DNA from: an uncultured Chloroflexia bacterium
Lineage (GTDB): Bacteria; Chloroflexota; Dehalococcoidia; DSTF01; JALHUB01
Reading direction: 5' to 3'
Length of the DNA: 64,000 bases
Assembly (NCBI GenBank): GCA_963726245.1
Contig: CAVSBT010000039.1
Span: 19,840 to 83,839, forward strand
The notes under the pieces are model-generated. The model ran no database searches and was not told the DNA's origin. It saw nothing but the letters and a program-made list of their open reading frames with translations. Position 1 is the stretch's first letter. Each line of letters opens with the position of its first letter. This document shows, in pieces, positions 61,421-64,000 of the stretch. The position numbers and the translations under genes were made by a program.

Positions 61421-62722
61421 GTGGCAGGAAGCCGTTCACAGGTAGGCGTGGGGCTTATGGGCCTGGGCGTCGTCGGCAGCGGCGTGGCCCGCGCTCTCCT
61501 AGAGCGGGGCGAGGCCTACGGACGCCGGGTGGGATGTCCCCTTCGCCTGGTCCGCATCCTGGAGCAGGACCCCGATAGGGAGAGGCCTGTGCGGGTCGAT
61601 CACGCCCTGTTCACCCAGGACGTGCGGGACATCGTCGACAACGCCGGCATTGACATCGTCATCGAGGTGCTGGGCGGCGAGCACCCCGCATTCGAGTACC
61701 AGCGACGGGCCTTGGAAGCCGGCAAGTACGTCGTCACGGCCAACAAAGAGGTCATCGCCAAGCACGGGGCGGAGCTGAGCGCACTGGCCCTTCAACACGG
61801 CATCGACATCCTCTACGAGGCCAGCGTGGGCGGCGGCATTCCCATCATCGCGCCGCTCAAGCGCGACCTTCTGTCCAACGAGATCACGGCGATCAGCGCC
61901 ATCATCAACGGCACCACCAACTACATTCTCACCAGCATGAGCCGCGAGGGGAGCGACTTCGAGCCGGCGTTGCGCCGCGCCCAGGAGCTTGGCTACGCCG
62001 AGGCGAACCCCGCCAACGACATCGAGGGGATGGATGCCGTCTACAAGCTGGCCATCCTCGCCAGCCTGGCCTTCCATGCCGACATCCGCCCCGAGGACGT
62101 CTACCGCGAGGGCATCACCCGCCTCAGCGCTCACGACTTTCGCTATGCCCGCGAGTTGGGCTATGCCATCAAGCTGCTGGCCCTGGCCCGCCGGCACGAT
62201 TCCCAGATACAGGTCCGCGTTCACCCCGCCCTCTTGCACGAGGATGAGCTCCTGGCCAAGGTCGACGGCGTCCTCAACGCCGTTCAGGTGGAGGGCGACC
62301 TGGTGGGTCGCGTACTGTTCCAGGGGCAAGGCGCCGGCTCCCTCCCGACCTCCAGCGCCATTGTCGCCGATGTCCTTGACGCCGCCCGCAGCATCGTCAG
62401 CGGCTCCCCGGAGAGGCCGTCGCCGCCGCCGCTACAGACCGCGTCCCTGCGGCCGATGAGCGAGCTCAGCACCCGCTACTACATGCGAATGATAGTGGTC
62501 GACAGTCCCGGCGTGCTGGCCAGGATCGCCGACGTCCTCGGCGTCCATCAGATCAGCATCGCGTCCGTCATCCAGAAAGAGGCCGATCCGAAGGCAAAGA
62601 CGGCCGAGATCGTGATCATGACACACGAGGCCGAGGAGGCGGCTGTGCAGAGCGCACTTCGGGAGGTGGAGCAGCTCCCGGTGGTAGTGGAGATCGGCAA
62701 CTTCCTGCGCGTGGAAGGGTAA
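61421..62722 (+). CDS. hom: Homoserine dehydrogenase with ACT domain
   Basis: GLGVVG, VVTANK, YEASVGGGIPII, NGTTNYIL, C-terminal DSPGVLARI. Confidence 0.96.
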   Translation: MAGSRSQVGVGLMGLGVVGSGVARALLERGEAYGRRVGCPLRLVRILEQDPDRERPVRVDHALFTQDVRDIVDNAGIDIVIEVLGGEHPAFEYQRRALEAGKYVVTANKEVIAKHGAELSALALQHGIDILYEASVGGGIPIIAPLKRDLLSNEITAISAIINGTTNYILTSMSREGSDFEPALRRAQELGYAEANPANDIEGMDAVYKLAILASLAFHADIRPEDVYREGITRLSAHDFRYARELGYAIKLLALARRHDSQIQVRVHPALLHEDELLAKVDGVLNAVQVEGDLVGRVLFQGQGAGSLPTSSAIVADVLDAARSIVSGSPERPSPPPLQTASLRPMSELSTRYYMRMIVVDSPGVLARIADVLGVHQISIASVIQKEADPKAKTAEIVIMTHEAEEAAVQSALREVEQLPVVVEIGNFLRVEG

Positions 62723-62733
62723 GGAGGTCACTG

Positions 62734-63747
62734 GTGGCCCCCCCCAGGGAAGACCCCTCCCAGAGCATCAGCACCATGGCCTGGCTCCAGGACCAGTTCC
62801 ACCTGCTAAAGGCCCAGGTGGGCAAGGCCCAGCACCAGACGGACCAGACCCTGGCCATGGCGCTGGACGTCGCGGAGAAGATGCGCCAGCAGGAGGCGAC
62901 CATCGCCGACCTCGCCGGCCAGGCGAGCGCCATCGTGCCCCTCCAGGAGGAGATGCGTCAGCTCAAGGAGCTGCTGACCCGCCTCCAGGACCAGCAGGTG
63001 CAGTCCCGCGGCCAGCTGGAGGAAACAGTCCGTCAACGGCTGGCGGAGGCGGAGCGAGGACGCGTAGAGGTGACGGACGTGCGCCGTCGACTCGAGGACT
63101 TGGAGCGTCAGGTGGAGGCGTGGTTGGATTGCCAGAGCGGCATCGAGGACGCTGCCCGGCGCTACCAGGAGGGCATAGCGCTGGCCAACGCACGCTCCGA
63201 GACCATGGACCAGCGCTTGGAGGCCCTGGAGGGCCGCGCATCCCGCAACCTCGAGGCCACCAACCGCATAGACCAGGATATCTCCCGTATCGACGCCGCT
63301 ATCCAGGGCCTGGAACGCGAGGACGACCTTCAGGCGGAAAGGGCCCGCGTGGCCCTGGAGGCGGCGCGCCGCGTCGAGGCAGAGGTGGAGTCGGAGAGGC
63401 GGGACTTCCGGGCCCTTACCGAGCTTACGGAGAGGATCGAGCTGCTGAAGGTGGAGCGGCAGCGCCTGGAGGATCGTCTAGCGCAGGTGGAGGAAGACTT
63501 TAACGAGTTTCGAGGCCTCCTGGCTCATCAAGAGCAGCTCCTAAGCGTCCTGGACGGCCGCACCCAGGGCTACCTGAGCCGGCTGGAGGTCTTGCGTGAG
63601 GAGATCCTGCGCCACCGCCAGCAATTCGTCGAGCATCTTCTCAAGCTCAGCAGCGGCCAGGAACGCCTCAAGCGGCGCCAAATCGAAGAGTTGCAGCGCG
63701 AAATCAAGGAGCTAAAGCAGCATGCTGTCGGCCTCACAGAGGAGTGA
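62734..63747 (+). CDS. Long coiled-coil protein of unknown function
   Basis: 337 aa, E/Q/R/L-rich heptads, nearly Pro-free; AAGGAGG RBS. Confidence 0.8.
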   Translation: MAPPREDPSQSISTMAWLQDQFHLLKAQVGKAQHQTDQTLAMALDVAEKMRQQEATIADLAGQASAIVPLQEEMRQLKELLTRLQDQQVQSRGQLEETVRQRLAEAERGRVEVTDVRRRLEDLERQVEAWLDCQSGIEDAARRYQEGIALANARSETMDQRLEALEGRASRNLEATNRIDQDISRIDAAIQGLEREDDLQAERARVALEAARRVEAEVESERRDFRALTELTERIELLKVERQRLEDRLAQVEEDFNEFRGLLAHQEQLLSVLDGRTQGYLSRLEVLREEILRHRQQFVEHLLKLSSGQERLKRRQIEELQREIKELKQHAVGLTEE

Positions 63748-64000
63748 GCCCACCCTCGATAGCCCCAGACCCGGCGTCCTGCGGCGCTACCGACGGCACC
63801 TGCCGGTGACCGAAGCTACGCCGCTGCTGAACCTCGGTGAGGGCGACACGCCGCTCGTGCGCTCACGCCACCTGGAGGCTGAGGTCGGCTGCGAGGCCCT
63901 CTACTTCAAGCTGGAATCCTGCAACCCGACCGGCTCCTTCAAGGACCGGGGCATGGTGGTGGCGGTCGCCAAGGCGCTCGAAGAAGGCATGCAGGCCGTT
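63722..64000 (+). CDS. thrC: Threonine synthase (5' partial)
   Basis: ATG 63722 after AAGGAG; LGEGDTPL..KLESCNPTGSFKDRGM. Confidence 0.92.
   Translation, partial: MLSASQRSEPTLDSPRPGVLRRYRRHLPVTEATPLLNLGEGDTPLVRSRHLEAEVGCEALYFKLESCNPTGSFKDRGMVVAVAKALEEGMQAV

Overview
High-GC bacterial chromosome segment, most consistent with a Chloroflexota (Dehalococcoidia-like) genome; this is inferred from gene content and is not proven. In order it contains: the end of a complex I operon (nuoJKLMN); a secreted papain-family protease; a nitrogen-assimilation cluster (GlnR-like regulator, two amtB, PII, two glnA) with 11-bp-periodic GTAAC boxes; tRNA-Thr(CGT); a GAF-PAS-GGDEF-EAL protein; a run of small oxidative/tailoring genes; a futalosine menaquinone cluster; acyl-CoA metabolism genes; several unusual envelope proteins; ilvD; F420 genes (cofE, npdG); rpsF-ssb-rpsR; and a PPIase-hom-coiled coil-thrC run. 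More than ten genes, including core ones, carry single-base frameshifts. This points to an unpolished long-read assembly, so apparent fusions and pseudogenes need caution. No CRISPR array, rRNA, integrase or transposase was found. Best leads: the GlnR-type operator arrays, a beta-lactamase-fold protein with Cys/Asn replacing SxxK, a candidate VGG...WYARRR C-terminal sorting signal, a structured RNA at 50.9 kb, and a REP-like repeat sitting in-frame inside mqnA.
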